Origin: an uncultured candidate division Zixibacteria bacterium
GTDB lineage: Bacteria; Zixibacteria; MSB-5A5; GN15; FEB-12
Assembly (NCBI GenBank): GCA_963806185.1
Contig: CAWDXE010000004.1
Span: 160,001-224,000, forward strand
DNA: 64,000 nt
Direction of reading: 5' to 3'
The translations under genes were made by a program, and so were the position numbers. This document shows positions 10,159 to 21,517 of the stretch, piece by piece; position 1 is the first letter of the stretch; each line of letters begins with the position of its first letter. Below the pieces are notes generated by a model, which worked only from the letters and a program-made list of their open reading frames with translations, was not told the DNA's origin and did no database searches.

Positions 10159-12183
10159 CTACCGTCGGGCGCGCAATTTCGCCCGCTTCTGCTGCTCTTT
10201 CAGCTTTTTGACTTCGTCGCGAAGCATGATCGCCGCCTCGAAATCAAGATTCTCCGCCGCCTTCTTCATCGCCGTCATCATGAACGAAAGCTGGTCCTCC
10301 AGCGACATCAAGTGGAAATGCTCCGGCTTGTCAACCTTCGTTTCTTCAACTGTCCGGCTGTCCGCAAACCTGGTCGACCGGAGAATCTCGTCCCTTGTCT
10401 TAAAGACGGTTTCCGGGGTAATTCCGTTCGCTTCATTATACGCTATCTGCTTGATTCGGCGGCGATTCGTTTCGTCGATCGCCTTACGCATCGAATCGGT
10501 AATCCTGTCGGCGTAGAAGATTACTTCGCCGTTCTTGTTGCGCGCCGCCCGCCCCGCCGTCTGGATCAACGATCGCTCCGACCGCAAGAAACCCTCTTTG
10601 TCGGCGTCCAGCACCGCCACCAGCGACACCTCCGGCAGATCCAGCCCTTCGCGGAGTAGGTTAATTCCCACCAGCACGTCAAACTGGTGCAGCCGCAAAT
10701 CGCGAATAATCTCCGTCCGCTCTATCGAATCAATCTCGCTGTGCAGATACCGTACGCTGATCCCCATCCGGGTCATATAGTCGGTCAAGTCCTCCGACAT
10801 CCGCTTGGTCAACGTGGTCACCAGAATCCGCTCACTCTTGGCCGCTCGAATCCGTACCTGCTCCAGCAAATCGTCAACCTGGTTCTTCAGCGGCTTGACC
10901 GTGATCTTGGGATCCAAAAGTCCGGTCGGCCGTATGACCTGCTCTACCACCACCCCCTCGGCCCTCTCCAATTCAAAATCAGCCGGCGTCGCGGAGACAT
11001 ATATCACCTTGTCGATGAGACTCTCAAACTCATCAAAATAGAGCGGTCGATTGTCCAGAGCGGACGGGAGACGGAACCCGTGCTCCACCAAAACGTCCTT
11101 GCGGCTGCGATCTCCCGCAAACATCCCGCGAATCTGCGGAATCGACTGGTGCGATTCATCGATGACCAACAGAAAATCCTTGGGAAAGAAATCGATCAGA
11201 CACTGCGGCCGTTCGCCTGCCTCACGGTTGGTCAAATACCGCGAATAATTCTCCACCCCGCTGCAATAACCGACCTCTTTCAGCATCTCGATATCGTACT
11301 TCGTCCGCATTTCCAGCCGCTGTGCCTCCAGCAGCTTATCGAGTTGACGGTACACCTCCAGCCGATCTTTCAATTCCCGCTGAATTCCCTCAATCGCTTT
11401 CTCCAGTGTCGGCTTGCTGGTCACGAAGTGTTTGGCCGGGTAGATCGCCACTCTCTGTCGTTCACTGATGATCTCGCCCGTCAGCGGGTCAATCTCCGTT
11501 ATCCGCTCAATCGTGTCCCCGAAAAACTCAAACCGCAGCGCCGTTTCATGGTAGGCCGGAATCAGTTCAATCGTATCGCCGCGCACCCGGAAATTGCCTC
11601 TGGAAAAATCAATTTCATTCCGGTTGTAGTGTATCCCGATCAGATTCCGGATCACCTCGTCCCGGTCCATCTCCGCACCCAGTTCGAAAAACATCATCTG
11701 CTTCTTGTATTCCACCGGCGAACCGATACCGTAGATGCACGACACGGAGGCCACAATTATGACATCCTTCCGTTCCAGCAGCGACGCCGTCGCCCGCAGC
11801 CGCAGACGGTCAATATCCTCGTTCATCGCCGTATCCTTCTCGATGAACGTGTCGGTAGTGGGGAGGTACGCTTCCGGCTGGTAGTAATCGTAGTAACTGA
11901 TGAAGAACTCAACTGCGTTTTTCGGGAAAAACGCCTTCAGCTCTCCGTACAACTGGGCCGCCAGCGTCTTATTGTGCGACATGACCAGCGTGGGCCGTCC
12001 GTATTGAGCGATCACGTTGGCAATCGTAAACGTCTTGCCCGACCCCGTCACTCCGAGCAATACCTGGTGCTTACGATCGGCCTCCAGCCCTTCCCGAAGC
12101 TCCTTAATCGCCGTCGGCTGGTCGCCGCTGGGGGAGAAGGTAGCCGCCAGTTCGAATTGCGCTTTTTCCTCAATTTCCGCCAA
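10159..12183 (-). CDS. uvrB: Excinuclease ABC subunit B
   Basis: [34 protein letters not shown]-terminal UVR domain; TTG start with GGAGG RBS. Confidence 0.97.
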   Translation of the reverse strand: MAEIEEKAQFELAATFSPSGDQPTAIKELREGLEADRKHQVLLGVTGSGKTFTIANVIAQYGRPTLVMSHNKTLAAQLYGELKAFFPKNAVEFFISYYDYYQPEAYLPTTDTFIEKDTAMNEDIDRLRLRATASLLERKDVIIVASVSCIYGIGSPVEYKKQMMFFELGAEMDRDEVIRNLIGIHYNRNEIDFSRGNFRVRGDTIELIPAYHETALRFEFFGDTIERITEIDPLTGEIISERQRVAIYPAKHFVTSKPTLEKAIEGIQRELKDRLEVYRQLDKLLEAQRLEMRTKYDIEMLKEVGYCSGVENYSRYLTNREAGERPQCLIDFFPKDFLLVIDESHQSIPQIRGMFAGDRSRKDVLVEHGFRLPSALDNRPLYFDEFESLIDKVIYVSATPADFELERAEGVVVEQVIRPTGLLDPKITVKPLKNQVDDLLEQVRIRAAKSERILVTTLTKRMSEDLTDYMTRMGISVRYLHSEIDSIERTEIIRDLRLHQFDVLVGINLLREGLDLPEVSLVAVLDADKEGFLRSERSLIQTAGRAARNKNGEVIFYADRITDSMRKAIDETNRRRIKQIAYNEANGITPETVFKTRDEILRSTRFADSRTVEETKVDKPEHFHLMSLEDQLSFMMTAMKKAAENLDFEAAIMLRDEVKKLKEQQKRAKLRARR

Positions 12184-12369
12184 ATCGCCTCCAACACCCG
12201 GTATTTTCAAAAATTCCCCCAACAAAACAATATACCGAATCCGCCCCGGACCCGTATCATATTTGGAAAAGAATTCCTCTAAGCTCCTCTGCCACAATTG
12301 GAACGAAGTCGCCGTCCAAGTAGTGTAAGGCCTGAAACAGCATGCGCGACACCAGATACCAAAAACCCC

Positions 12370-12397
12370 TTGACTTGTTTGGTAATTGCATTACCTT
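12370..12397 (+). promoter_or_regulatory. Putative sigma70 promoter for rplU-bamA
   Basis: TTGACT-N16-TACCTT. Confidence 0.5.
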
Positions 12398-12453
12398 CTT
12401 GGGCTTAACTTTAACCCTGAGAATAAGTTCACGGTTATGTGGAGGTCTTGCTG

Positions 12454-12771
12454 ATGTACGCCATCTTTCAATTTGCCGGCATGCAGTTTCGAGCCGAGGA
12501 GGGCGAGGTTGTTCGCGTCCCTCGTCAAAAGGCCGACCAGGGCGGCAAACTAAATATCACCGATGTCCTGATGGTCAAGGACGACGCCAAAGCTCGCTTC
12601 GGTACGCCAACGGTCCCGGGAGCCACGATTGAAGCCGAGGTCATTACCCATGGTAAGGGCGAAAAAATCCTTATGTTCAAGTACAAACGGCGCACCAAGA
12701 GTCGCAGAACTCGCGGACATCGCCAGGATTTCACCGACATCAAGATCAATAAAATTCACGCCCCCGCCTGA
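12454..12771 (+). CDS. rplU: 50S ribosomal protein L21
   Basis: MYAIFQFAGMQF..., FKYKRRTK, GHRQDFT; GGAGG RBS. Confidence 0.96.
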   Translation: MYAIFQFAGMQFRAEEGEVVRVPRQKADQGGKLNITDVLMVKDDAKARFGTPTVPGATIEAEVITHGKGEKILMFKYKRRTKSRRTRGHRQDFTDIKINKIHAPA

Positions 12772-12787
12772 TCGCTTGATCGCGCCA

Positions 12788-15292
12788 ATGCTGAATCGAG
12801 CATGGACTGCTTGTCTCGCGCTCTGTCTGTTTCTCGGCCTGGCCTCCACCGCCGCGGCTCAGAGCAATTATCGCATCGTCGACGTTGAAGTGGTCGGCAA
12901 CCGCGTTGCCACCACCTCGCTCGTTCTCGGCGTCTCTGCCCTCGACAAAGGTTCGCCCCTCTCGCCTCAGGCCATTCAACAGACCCTGACTCGCCTCTAT
13001 GGCCTGGGCATTTTCTCCGATGTCCGGCTGGAGGCCGAAGAGGTCTCCGGCGGCCTGAAGGTCTATATCGTAGTCAAGGAACTTCCCAAGCTCGCCGCCC
13101 TCGAATTCTCCGGCAACAATGAGATCAACGCCAAAGACCTCAAAGAAAAACTCGCTCTGGGCGTCGGCGGTTACATTTCGCCCTTTCTGATTCACGACAA
13201 AGCCGAGACCATCCGCAAGCTCTATCAGGACAAAGGCTTCTTCCGCGCCTCGGCCAAACCGACCCTCACCTACAACGCCGATTCCACCGAGGCCTCTCTG
13301 GCCTACGCGATCGACGAAAAATCCAAAGTGAAGGTCGAAAACGTCGTCATGACCGGCAACGTGCGCGTGCCGTCCGAAAAACTGATCGGCAAAATGCGCA
13401 ATCGCAAACGCGGCTTCCTCAAAAGCTCCAATTTTGCCGAGGAAAAATACGACGAGGACCTGCAGAAAGTCATCGACGAATACCACAAGAAAGGGTACGT
13501 CGACGCCTACATGATCTCCGACTCCACCTCGATCGACTCCGTCACCAACCAAATGACCGTCTATCTCAACGTCTACGAGGGTCCGCTCTACTACTTCGGC
13601 AAACCCACCTTTGAAGGGACCGACGTGCTCAAGCCGGAACTCCTCACTCGTACCCTGAAATTCACTGGCGGTGAAGTATTTAATATCGAGACCTACGACA
13701 AATCCATTTCCGAGCTGTACGCCGCCTATTCCGAAATCGGCCACCTGCACGTTCGCATCGACGACGAACGCACCACCCGCGCCGATTCCATTCTCGACAT
13801 CAAGTACGTCGTCACCGAGGGCCTACCGTCGCACATCAACCTCGTCCACATCGTCGGCAATACCAAGACCAAGGACAAAGTCATCCGCCGCGAACTCACC
13901 ACCTATCCGGGCCAGGTCTTCAACCGCTCGCTCCTGATTCGCTCGGTGCGCGACGTCATGGCCCTCAATTACTTTGAGAATGTCGAACCGTCCCCGCTCG
14001 ATCTTCCCAACGGTGACATCGATCTCGAATATCGCATTAAGGAAAAGCAGACCGGTCAGATCTCCGCCGGCGCCGGTTACAATAGCCAGGACAAGCTCGT
14101 CGGCTCGCTCGGCCTCGGCCTCCCCAATTTCCGAGGCAATGGTCAGGATGTTTCCTTCAACATCGACTTCGGCTCCAAGCGCAACTCGTTCCAGCTTTCC
14201 TTCACCGAGCCTTGGTTCATGAACCGCCCGACTTTGCTTGGTCTCGACGCCTTCCTGCTTAACCGCCGCTGGTATGACGAATACACTGAAGGTCGCGAGG
14301 GCGGCTCGGTCCGACTCGGTCGCCGCCTCCGCTGGCCCGACAACTACTTCCGCATCTCCGGTGTCTACCGTCTCGAACGAAACAAATACTACGATTTCAG
14401 CGACAATTTTAAGGTCAACAACAGCTACGTCGAAAATTACTACTACGGCTCGACGATGACCGTGATTGATGGCGATACCACCTACACCGCCGGCCCGACC
14501 AGTTCGTTGGTCGTTGTGACCAAGGGTGACCTTCCCGGATCGGTCGTCTCCTACAAAGAGAAATGGAACACGGCCTCGCAGGTCGGCTTCACCATCAGCC
14601 GTGACTCCCGAAATCTGCCCGAATTTGCCACCAAAGGTTCGCAGGTCATTTATTCCGCCGAATTCACCGGCGGTCCGTTAGGCGGCTTCTGGAAATACAG
14701 TAAACACACCTTGAGTGTCGCCAAATTTATTCCGTTGGTCTGGAAGTTTGCCCTGGCCGCGAAGGTACAGTATGGTATGGTTACCTCCGGCTCAGGTGAT
14801 GACCGCATTCTGGTGTCCGACCGCTTCACCCCGGGCGGTACCGGTTATGACGGCGTCATTCGCGGATATGACGATGGCGCGATCACCCCTGACACGATTG
14901 TTCCCCCGACTTCCATTACCTACTATATTGCCGATACCACCGGGAATCCCGCCTACCTGCATCCGGACTCGGCATTCCATTCAACCAATACTGGTGAGTT
15001 CTACACCCGCGTCCGCGGCAAATACATGCTGGTGGGGAATTTCGAACTGCAATTCCCCATCGTCGAACGCACGATTTACGGTCTGATGTTCTACGACGCC
15101 GGCGGCTCCTGGCTCCACGCCCGTGATATCAAACCCTTCAGCAATCTCTACCGGGGCGTCGGCTTCGGCTTCCGCATCGCCGTGCCCGGCATCGGCACAC
15201 TCGGCTTCGACTTTGGCCACCCTCTGGATTCCTTCCGGGGATCGGATCGGAAATGGAAACCCCACTTCCAGATTGGCACCACCTTCAGATAA
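12788..15292 (+). CDS. bamA: Outer membrane protein assembly factor BamA
   Basis: Signal peptide, POTRA repeats (GNTKTKDKVIRRE), IRGY loop motif, terminal FQIGTTFR; followed by skp-lpxD. Confidence 0.95.
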   Translation: MLNRAWTACLALCLFLGLASTAAAQSNYRIVDVEVVGNRVATTSLVLGVSALDKGSPLSPQAIQQTLTRLYGLGIFSDVRLEAEEVSGGLKVYIVVKELPKLAALEFSGNNEINAKDLKEKLALGVGGYISPFLIHDKAETIRKLYQDKGFFRASAKPTLTYNADSTEASLAYAIDEKSKVKVENVVMTGNVRVPSEKLIGKMRNRKRGFLKSSNFAEEKYDEDLQKVIDEYHKKGYVDAYMISDSTSIDSVTNQMTVYLNVYEGPLYYFGKPTFEGTDVLKPELLTRTLKFTGGEVFNIETYDKSISELYAAYSEIGHLHVRIDDERTTRADSILDIKYVVTEGLPSHINLVHIVGNTKTKDKVIRRELTTYPGQVFNRSLLIRSVRDVMALNYFENVEPSPLDLPNGDIDLEYRIKEKQTGQISAGAGYNSQDKLVGSLGLGLPNFRGNGQDVSFNIDFGSKRNSFQLSFTEPWFMNRPTLLGLDAFLLNRRWYDEYTEGREGGSVRLGRRLRWPDNYFRISGVYRLERNKYYDFSDNFKVNNSYVENYYYGSTMTVIDGDTTYTAGPTSSLVVVTKGDLPGSVVSYKEKWNTASQVGFTISRDSRNLPEFATKGSQVIYSAEFTGGPLGGFWKYSKHTLSVAKFIPLVWKFALAAKVQYGMVTSGSGDDRILVSDRFTPGGTGYDGVIRGYDDGAITPDTIVPPTSITYYIADTTGNPAYLHPDSAFHSTNTGEFYTRVRGKYMLVGNFELQFPIVERTIYGLMFYDAGGSWLHARDIKPFSNLYRGVGFGFRIAVPGIGTLGFDFGHPLDSFRGSDRKWKPHFQIGTTFR

Positions 15293-15326
15293 TGATTATG
15301 TTATTCAGCAAGAGGAGATGATAAAG

Positions 15327-15866
15327 ATGTCCACTGCAAAACTTTTCGTTCGCGCCGGCTTGCTGGCGCTGGTTCTGGGACTGGTCTTTTCCTTTACGGC
15401 CACTGCCCAGACGATGAAGATTGGGTTCGTCAACGACGAACTCATCAAGCAGAAATACCCGGCCTGGCAGCGTGCCCAGGAACAGTGGGAAACCGAACGT
15501 AAGGCTTGGGATGCCGAAGCCCAGACTCAGCAGACCGCGCTGCAGGAGATGATGGCCGACTACGACAAGCAGCGCCTGATCCTCTCCGACGATAAGCGCA
15601 AAGAGCGTGAGGCTGCCATTCGCGCCAAGCAGGAATCCCTCGATAACTACACCAAGGGTATCTACGGACCCGATGGCACTGCCGAGAAGAAACAGCAGGA
15701 ACTCGTCGGCCCCCTGCTCGAAAATGTCAACAAGGCCATCGAGGCGGTTGCCATCGAGGAGAACTTCGACGTGATCTTTACTTTGCAGAGCGGGTTGGGG
15801 TATATTAAGGAAACGTACGACGTAACCCAGAAGGTTATCGACGCCCTTGAGAAGCTCGACAAATAG
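15327..15866 (+). CDS. skp: OmpH/Skp periplasmic chaperone
   Basis: Signal peptide, KIGFVN, coiled coil, YDVTQKVI; bamA-skp-lpxD order. Confidence 0.9.
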   Translation: MSTAKLFVRAGLLALVLGLVFSFTATAQTMKIGFVNDELIKQKYPAWQRAQEQWETERKAWDAEAQTQQTALQEMMADYDKQRLILSDDKRKEREAAIRAKQESLDNYTKGIYGPDGTAEKKQQELVGPLLENVNKAIEAVAIEENFDVIFTLQSGLGYIKETYDVTQKVIDALEKLDK

Positions 15867-16894
15867 CCGCTCACTCACTCTGGCCCAGCTTGCGGCCACG
15901 GTCGGCGCCGATCTGCACGGCGATGGCAACATCGTCGTCAACGGCGTGGCGCCGATCGAGGCCGCCCGGCCCGGGCAGATCAGTTTCGTCGCCAATCAGA
16001 AATACACCAGGTACATCCTCACCACGCAGGCGTCGGCTCTGGTCCTTGCCCCCGAGACCCCCTGCGGGCATATGCCCGTGCTCCGGCACAAGAATCCCTA
16101 CGCCATCTTCGCCCGCGTCCTCTCCTTGCTCTATCCGGAGAGCCCCAATGTTCGCGATTGGCATTCACCCGTCGGCCGTCATTGAACCCGGCGCTCGGAT
16201 CGACCCCACCGCCGCTATCGGACCGTTCTGTCACATTCGGACCAACGCCGTTATCGGTGCCAACGTCCAGCTCGTCTCCGGCAACTACATCGGCCCGAAT
16301 GTCACCGTCGGCGACGACACGATCATCTATCCCGGCGTGCGCATTCAGGACGACTGTCGCGTCGGTGAGCGCTGCATCCTTCATCCGGGGGTGGTCATCG
16401 GGTCTGATGGTTTTGGCTTTGCCCCGTCTGAGCGAGGGATAGAAAAGATCCCGCAGGTCGGCTGGGTTGAACTCGGCGACGAGGTGGAAATCGGCTCGAA
16501 CACCACCGTCGATCGCGGTGCCATCGGCCCTACGAAGGTGGGGAAGGGGACGAAGATCGACAACCTCGTGATGATCGCTCACAACGTCGAAATCGGCGAT
16601 TACTGCTTCATCGTCGCTCAGGTCGGCATCGCCGGCTCCACCAAAATCGGCAATAACACGATCCTGGCCGGCCAGGTCGGCATCATCGGCCATCTCGAGA
16701 TCGGCAACAATGTCAAGATTGGGGCGCAAGCGGGCGTCGCCAACAATGTCCCGGACAACACCACTTTGCTGGGATCGCCCGCCCGCGAGATTCATGAAAT
16801 GGAGCGCATCTTTGCCGCCATGAGCCGCCTCCCCGACCTGCTCAAACGGGTGCGCCGCCTCGAAAACGATCGCTCAAAATCAGACGCGGAATGA
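15847..16894 (+). CDS. lpxD: UDP-3-O-(3-hydroxyacyl)glucosamine N-acyltransferase (frameshift near 16155)
   Basis: [10 protein letters not shown]...ISFVANQKY...NPY in one frame; hexapeptide repeats, [20 protein letters not shown] in the next. Confidence 0.92.
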
Positions 16895-17447
16895 ATCTTC
16901 CAGCTCCGCCGTCTTCGACCAGTCACTCTTCCATCATCGTGATGTATTTCAGCGCTTCGTCCCGGTTGCCTGCTTCAATCGCCATTCGAACATGGCACAA
17001 CGTCAGCCACTGCTGACGGTCAATCAACTTCCATTCCGTGATCCTGTTGGACAGATTCGACGACGCCGCGTTCATCTCGAACGCGATATCGCGCAGCCGG
17101 CCGTGGCCGATGATCTTTGCACGACCATTCAGATCCCCTTCGCTCATCTCCTGAAGCCGATGGACGATCGCCTCGATCGTCTCCGCATCACGACTCGCCG
17201 GTACCATTTGCATGACGGCCAGTGCCGTAATCGCCGCGATAATCGCCGAGACCATGTAGGGGAGAAGCATCGTCGCCAGCACCTGCGCCCGGCCGTACGT
17301 GTCATTCACCAGCGCCTTGTCGCTATACGAAATCAACGCGGCCGAGGCCAACACCGCCGACAACAGTATCAAGCTTATCTGCCCGTACAATCTCATGCGG
17401 TACTGCCCCGCGCTTGGAATCTGCAGAGTTGCATCATGACTTGACAT
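16880..17447 (-). CDS. Two-TM HAMP-domain membrane protein (probable 1-nt insertion near 16925)
   Basis: Two TM segments then HAMP-like LQEMSEGDL...LRDIAFEMN; as written it stops at 16923, removing one base gives ...[16 protein letters not shown] ending at 16880. Confidence 0.65.
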
Positions 17448-17569
17448 GGAATGTATGCCTCCTATAATCGCGACCCGGTTCACTCCCGGTGTCATCCCTC
17501 ACTTCGGCCCCGTCTACTACGATTATTAGCAGCATTATTGCACTTCGCTGTGCACTCCCCATACAACAG

Positions 17570-17593
17570 AAACGCCCTCTGGCGAGGGCGTTT
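17570..17593 (-). terminator. Intrinsic terminator after ssb
   Basis: AAACGCCCTC-TGGC-GAGGGCGTTT perfect hairpin. Confidence 0.75.
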
Positions 17594-17617
17594 ACAGGTC
17601 ATCTGTGCGGTTGCTGA

Positions 17618-18037
17618 TCAGAACGGAAGATCGTCGTCACCGCTGCTTGGCGCCGCTTCTGAGGTTCCGCCCCCACTGGCCGGAGCCCGCTCTTCACCGC
17701 GATTGCCGCCCCCGCCGCCGATGAAGCTGAAGCTTTCGACGACGACCTCGGAGATATACCGCTTGTTTCCCTCTTTGTCGTCGTACGACCGGTTGTCGAT
17801 CCGACCTTCGATATAAACCTCCCGCCCCTTGGCCAAATACTCTTTCATCACTTCGGCCTGCTTGCCCCACGCCACGATATTGTGCCACGTGGTCGCTTCC
17901 TGGCTCTGGCCATCCTGGCTCTTCCAGCGACGGGTCGTCGCCAGAGAGAAATTCGCCACCGCCTGCCCGCTCGGAGTGTACCGCAGATCCGGGTCTTTGC
18001 CCAAACGGCCAACAAGGATTACTTTGTTAACGCTCAT
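17618..18037 (-). CDS. ssb: Single-stranded DNA-binding protein
   Basis: VNKVILVGRLGKDP, terminal DDDLPF. Confidence 0.97.
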   Translation of the reverse strand: MSVNKVILVGRLGKDPDLRYTPSGQAVANFSLATTRRWKSQDGQSQEATTWHNIVAWGKQAEVMKEYLAKGREVYIEGRIDNRSYDDKEGNKRYISEVVVESFSFIGGGGGNRGEERAPASGGGTSEAAPSSGDDDLPF

Positions 18038-18067
18038 TTTTCCTTCCTCATCTGAATGAATGAGCCC

Positions 18068-18095
18068 AATATACGCCCAAGCCGACCGATGTCAA
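18068..18095 (-). promoter_or_regulatory. Putative sigma70 promoter for ssb
   Basis: Minus strand TTGACA-N16-TATATT. Confidence 0.6.
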
Positions 18096-18150
18096 GCCGC
18101 ACAGTTTTCACTTGTTGGTCACAATCTGATGTAGTATAGTGGCTCGCGCT

Positions 18151-18975
18151 ATGGACACTAAATCCAATCAACCCTTTGAACCACAGCAAGCTATCACGAC
18201 CATGCAGCGGTTCATTACGGGCAAACTGCTCCAGTCCGGACTCAGCGGCTACGTCATCGGCCTATCCGGCGGCATCGACTCTGCCGTCGCCGCTGCCCTG
18301 GCCGTGAGAGCCGTCGGTCCCGACAAACTGTTTGGCGTGCTCTTGCCCTACAAGTCCTCCGCCGCCCACTCCGAATCCGACGCTCGGCTCCTCGCCAATC
18401 AACTCGGCCTCCAGTCTAAGATGGTCGATATTTCTCCTATGATCGATGCTTATTTCGGCGGCGACATCACACCCGACCTGCGCACTCGTGCCGGCAACAA
18501 AATGGCCCGCGAACGCATGGCCATCCTCTTCGACGTCGCCCACCAGATGAACCGCCTCGTGCTCGGCACCGGCAACCGTACCGAAATCTGCCTTGGCTAC
18601 ACCACCTGGTATGGCGACTCCGCCTGTTCGGTCAATCCCGTGGGTGAACTTTACAAGTCGGAACTGCGCACCATCGCCGAAATGCTGCAGGTGCCGGAAT
18701 CAATCCGCAAAAAACACCCGACCGCTGATCTGTGGGAGGGGCAAACCGACGAAGGTGAAATCGGTGTGGCCTATGATCGCATTGACGACATTCTCCGCCG
18801 TATCGTCGACCGGGGCGAAACCTCCATGGCCGCCCTTGAAGCCGACGGCTTCACCACCACGGAGATCAGCCGCATCGTCTCCATGCTGACGCGCAACGCC
18901 TTCAAGCGCCATTTGCCCGATATCGCTCCTTTGGGGAAGAAACCTATTCCCGACATCATTCAACTTCAGCCCTGA
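18151..18975 (+). CDS. nadE: NH3-dependent NAD+ synthetase
   Basis: GLSGGIDSA, GNKMARERM, GTGNRTE, PTADLWEGQTDE. Confidence 0.95.
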   Translation: MDTKSNQPFEPQQAITTMQRFITGKLLQSGLSGYVIGLSGGIDSAVAAALAVRAVGPDKLFGVLLPYKSSAAHSESDARLLANQLGLQSKMVDISPMIDAYFGGDITPDLRTRAGNKMARERMAILFDVAHQMNRLVLGTGNRTEICLGYTTWYGDSACSVNPVGELYKSELRTIAEMLQVPESIRKKHPTADLWEGQTDEGEIGVAYDRIDDILRRIVDRGETSMAALEADGFTTTEISRIVSMLTRNAFKRHLPDIAPLGKKPIPDIIQLQP

Positions 18976-18981
18976 GTCGTC

Positions 18982-19719
18982 ATGTCGGAAACTACCGGAA
19001 AAGTCTACCTCGTTCCGACGCCCATTGGCAATCTCGGCGATATGACTCCACGCGCGCTCGAAACTCTCCGTCAGGTCGATTTAGTCGCCTGCGAGGACAC
19101 CCGTACCAGCGGCGGTTTGCTGGCAAAATTCGACATCAAGAAACGGCTGGTCTCCTACCACGAGTTCAACGAACGCTCCCGCGCCGAACAACTGCTCGCC
19201 GTCCTGCAAGAAGGGAAGGACATCGCTGTCGTCACCGACGCCGGCTCGCCCGGCATCTCCGACCCGGCCTATCGCATTGTCCGAATCGCATTGGACAACA
19301 ATATCGAAGTCATGGCGCTTCCCGGTCCCAACGCCGTCATCCCGGCCCTGACCGCCTCCGGACTCCCCACCGATCGGTTCTTCTTCGAGGGCTTTTTGCC
19401 CCACAAATCCGGTGCCCGCACCCGACGGCTGGAGCGACTGCATGATTTCGAACACACGATCATCTTCTACGAATCCCCCTACCGCGTCCACAAGTCGCTT
19501 AAAGCCATTCTGGAAGTCATGGGCGATCGTCCCGCCTGCCTCGCCCGCGAAATCAGCAAGAAATTCGAGCAGTACTATCGCGGCACTGTCAGTCAAATCC
19601 TGAAACAGATCGAGGGCCGCACGATCAAGGGCGAGGTCGTCCTGGTGATCGCCGGCAGCAAATTGGCCGCAGCCGCTGAGTCGGAAGAAGTCGACAGCGA
19701 GGAAGAGGACGACGAATGA
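18982..19719 (+). CDS. rsmI: 16S rRNA (cytidine1402-2'-O)-methyltransferase
   Basis: VPTPIGNLGD, CEDTR, DAGSPGISDP, YESPYR, REISKKFE. Confidence 0.95.
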   Translation: MSETTGKVYLVPTPIGNLGDMTPRALETLRQVDLVACEDTRTSGGLLAKFDIKKRLVSYHEFNERSRAEQLLAVLQEGKDIAVVTDAGSPGISDPAYRIVRIALDNNIEVMALPGPNAVIPALTASGLPTDRFFFEGFLPHKSGARTRRLERLHDFEHTIIFYESPYRVHKSLKAILEVMGDRPACLAREISKKFEQYYRGTVSQILKQIEGRTIKGEVVLVIAGSKLAAAAESEEVDSEEEDDE

Positions 19720-20633
19720 TCGCCTCCGACTCGCGCCCCATTTACCCCTTCGACTGGCTCCTCATCGGCTACTGCCTGATCATGATTGCCTTCATCCTGG
19801 CCTTTGGTCGGCCGCTCACCCCATATGGCAACGAACTCGCCGCCTATGCCTCTATTGCCGGCATTGCCGCCCTGATCGTGAAGTATGTCGATCAGGAGCG
19901 GGGGAGAGGCTGGAAGATCCTCCGCTTCCTGTACCCAATGCTCTTTTTCGCCCCGCTCTACAGCCTGACCGGTGGCACCATCTTTCTCATCTTTGACCGC
20001 TTTTTCGATCCACAGCTGATCGCCTTCGAACAGGCCATCTTTGGCACCGAGCCGACCCTCTTTATCGACCGTCACCTGCTGCAGCCGATGCTTAACGAAT
20101 TGTTCTCTTTCTGTTATTTCGCCTACTATTTCATGCTGCCGGCGATCGCCCTTCCCATGTTGTTCGCCGAGGAATACGACCTGTTCGGCCGTGCGGTATC
20201 CACCATGACCCTCACCTTTGCACTGTCGTTCCTGCTGTTTTTCCTCTATCCCATAGAGGGCCCCCGCTGGGTCTTCGCCGACCAATATCTGCATCCCGTG
20301 GTTGGCTACATCTTTCGTCCCGCCGTTGAGTGGGTGATTCGCGCCGGTGCCGTCCACGGCGGCGCTATGCCGTCGTCACATACCGCTATCTCGCTGATCG
20401 TTTCGCTCTATCTCCTGAAACGCTTCCGCTGGCTTGGTCGCGCCGCAGCGACCATTACCGCCGGCCTCGCTATCGGTACCTTCTGGGGACGGTTCCATTA
20501 TGTCTCCGACGTTATCGTCGGCGTCGCTATCGCCTTGTTTTCGTACTGGCTGATCGAGAAATATTACCATCTCTGGACCCATAATCCGCGAACGGTGGTT
20601 ACACAAACGCGTATACTAAAACATGTGTCCTGA
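19716..20633 (+). CDS. PAP2-superfamily membrane phosphatase/phosphotransferase
   Basis: Multiple TM segments; AMPSSH and RFHYVSD catalytic motifs. Confidence 0.85.
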   Translation: MIASDSRPIYPFDWLLIGYCLIMIAFILAFGRPLTPYGNELAAYASIAGIAALIVKYVDQERGRGWKILRFLYPMLFFAPLYSLTGGTIFLIFDRFFDPQLIAFEQAIFGTEPTLFIDRHLLQPMLNELFSFCYFAYYFMLPAIALPMLFAEEYDLFGRAVSTMTLTFALSFLLFFLYPIEGPRWVFADQYLHPVVGYIFRPAVEWVIRAGAVHGGAMPSSHTAISLIVSLYLLKRFRWLGRAAATITAGLAIGTFWGRFHYVSDVIVGVAIALFSYWLIEKYYHLWTHNPRTVVTQTRILKHVS

Positions 20634-21441
20634 ACTATTCCACATCGGCCCAATTCCCGTCCGCAGCTTCGGCGTGCTGATGGCTTTATCGTTCCTGTTG
20701 GGCGTACTCTACGTCCAGCGCATCACCAAGCGGGACAAGAAGCCGTTCGAACCCTTCTTCATGATCGCCTACATCATGATCATCGGCGGCGTCGTCGGGG
20801 CCCGGCTCGCTTACGTGCTGCTCCATCTTGATGAATTCTCCGGCCACTGGACCCGCACCTTCAATCCGTTCGGCGAGGGTCAGTTTGGCATCGCCGGCCT
20901 GAATCTGTACGGGGGAGTTGTCCTCGCGTTGATCGGCACCTACATATACTGCCGGTGGAAAAAAATGCCGGTCCTGGAAGCCTTTGATTATTTTGCCCCG
21001 ACGCTGGCGCTTGGCATCGGCATCACCCGCATCGGCTGTTTTCTCAATGGCTGCTGCTTCGGCACACCGACCGATCTCCCCTGGGGTATTCAATTTCCTC
21101 CCGGCTCCATACCGACTTTTGTCTTTGGCGACGCCCATCTCCACCCGGCGCAAATCTACAGCTCGATGTACGGCTTTGGGCTGTTCCTCTTTCTCCATTG
21201 GCTGATGAAACGCCGCGCCTTTCTCGGCCAGCTGGCCGCGGTCACGATGATGGCCGAAGCGGTCTTCCGCTTTGCCATTGAGTACGTCCGCTACTACGAG
21301 GACGCCATGTACTTCGATTTCATGGGCTATCGACCCACCTTCAACCAATTCGTCTCCGTCGCGCTGCTTTTGCTCGGCCTGGGCATCTATCTTGTCCAGC
21401 GTCGCCGCGGACAACTCCCCTTGGTCTCTCACAAAAAGTGA
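20623..21441 (+). CDS. lgt: Prolipoprotein diacylglyceryl transferase
   Basis: GARLAYV, RIGCFLNGCCFG, HPAQIY, RFAIEYVR. Confidence 0.93.
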   Translation: MCPELFHIGPIPVRSFGVLMALSFLLGVLYVQRITKRDKKPFEPFFMIAYIMIIGGVVGARLAYVLLHLDEFSGHWTRTFNPFGEGQFGIAGLNLYGGVVLALIGTYIYCRWKKMPVLEAFDYFAPTLALGIGITRIGCFLNGCCFGTPTDLPWGIQFPPGSIPTFVFGDAHLHPAQIYSSMYGFGLFLFLHWLMKRRAFLGQLAAVTMMAEAVFRFAIEYVRYYEDAMYFDFMGYRPTFNQFVSVALLLLGLGIYLVQRRRGQLPLVSHKK

Positions 21442-21517
21442 CTGGGCTCAGTTCAAACTTCCGATTGTACCCCACTTTGACGTAGATTCATCCAACGAAA
21501 CTGCTATCAAGGAGGTT

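Noticed and set aside
10687..12282. Long antisense ORFs (also 42222-44150, 5508-6638, 12746-13750)
   Set aside because: Shadow frames of well-supported genes, expected in GC-rich DNA; no recognisable motifs.
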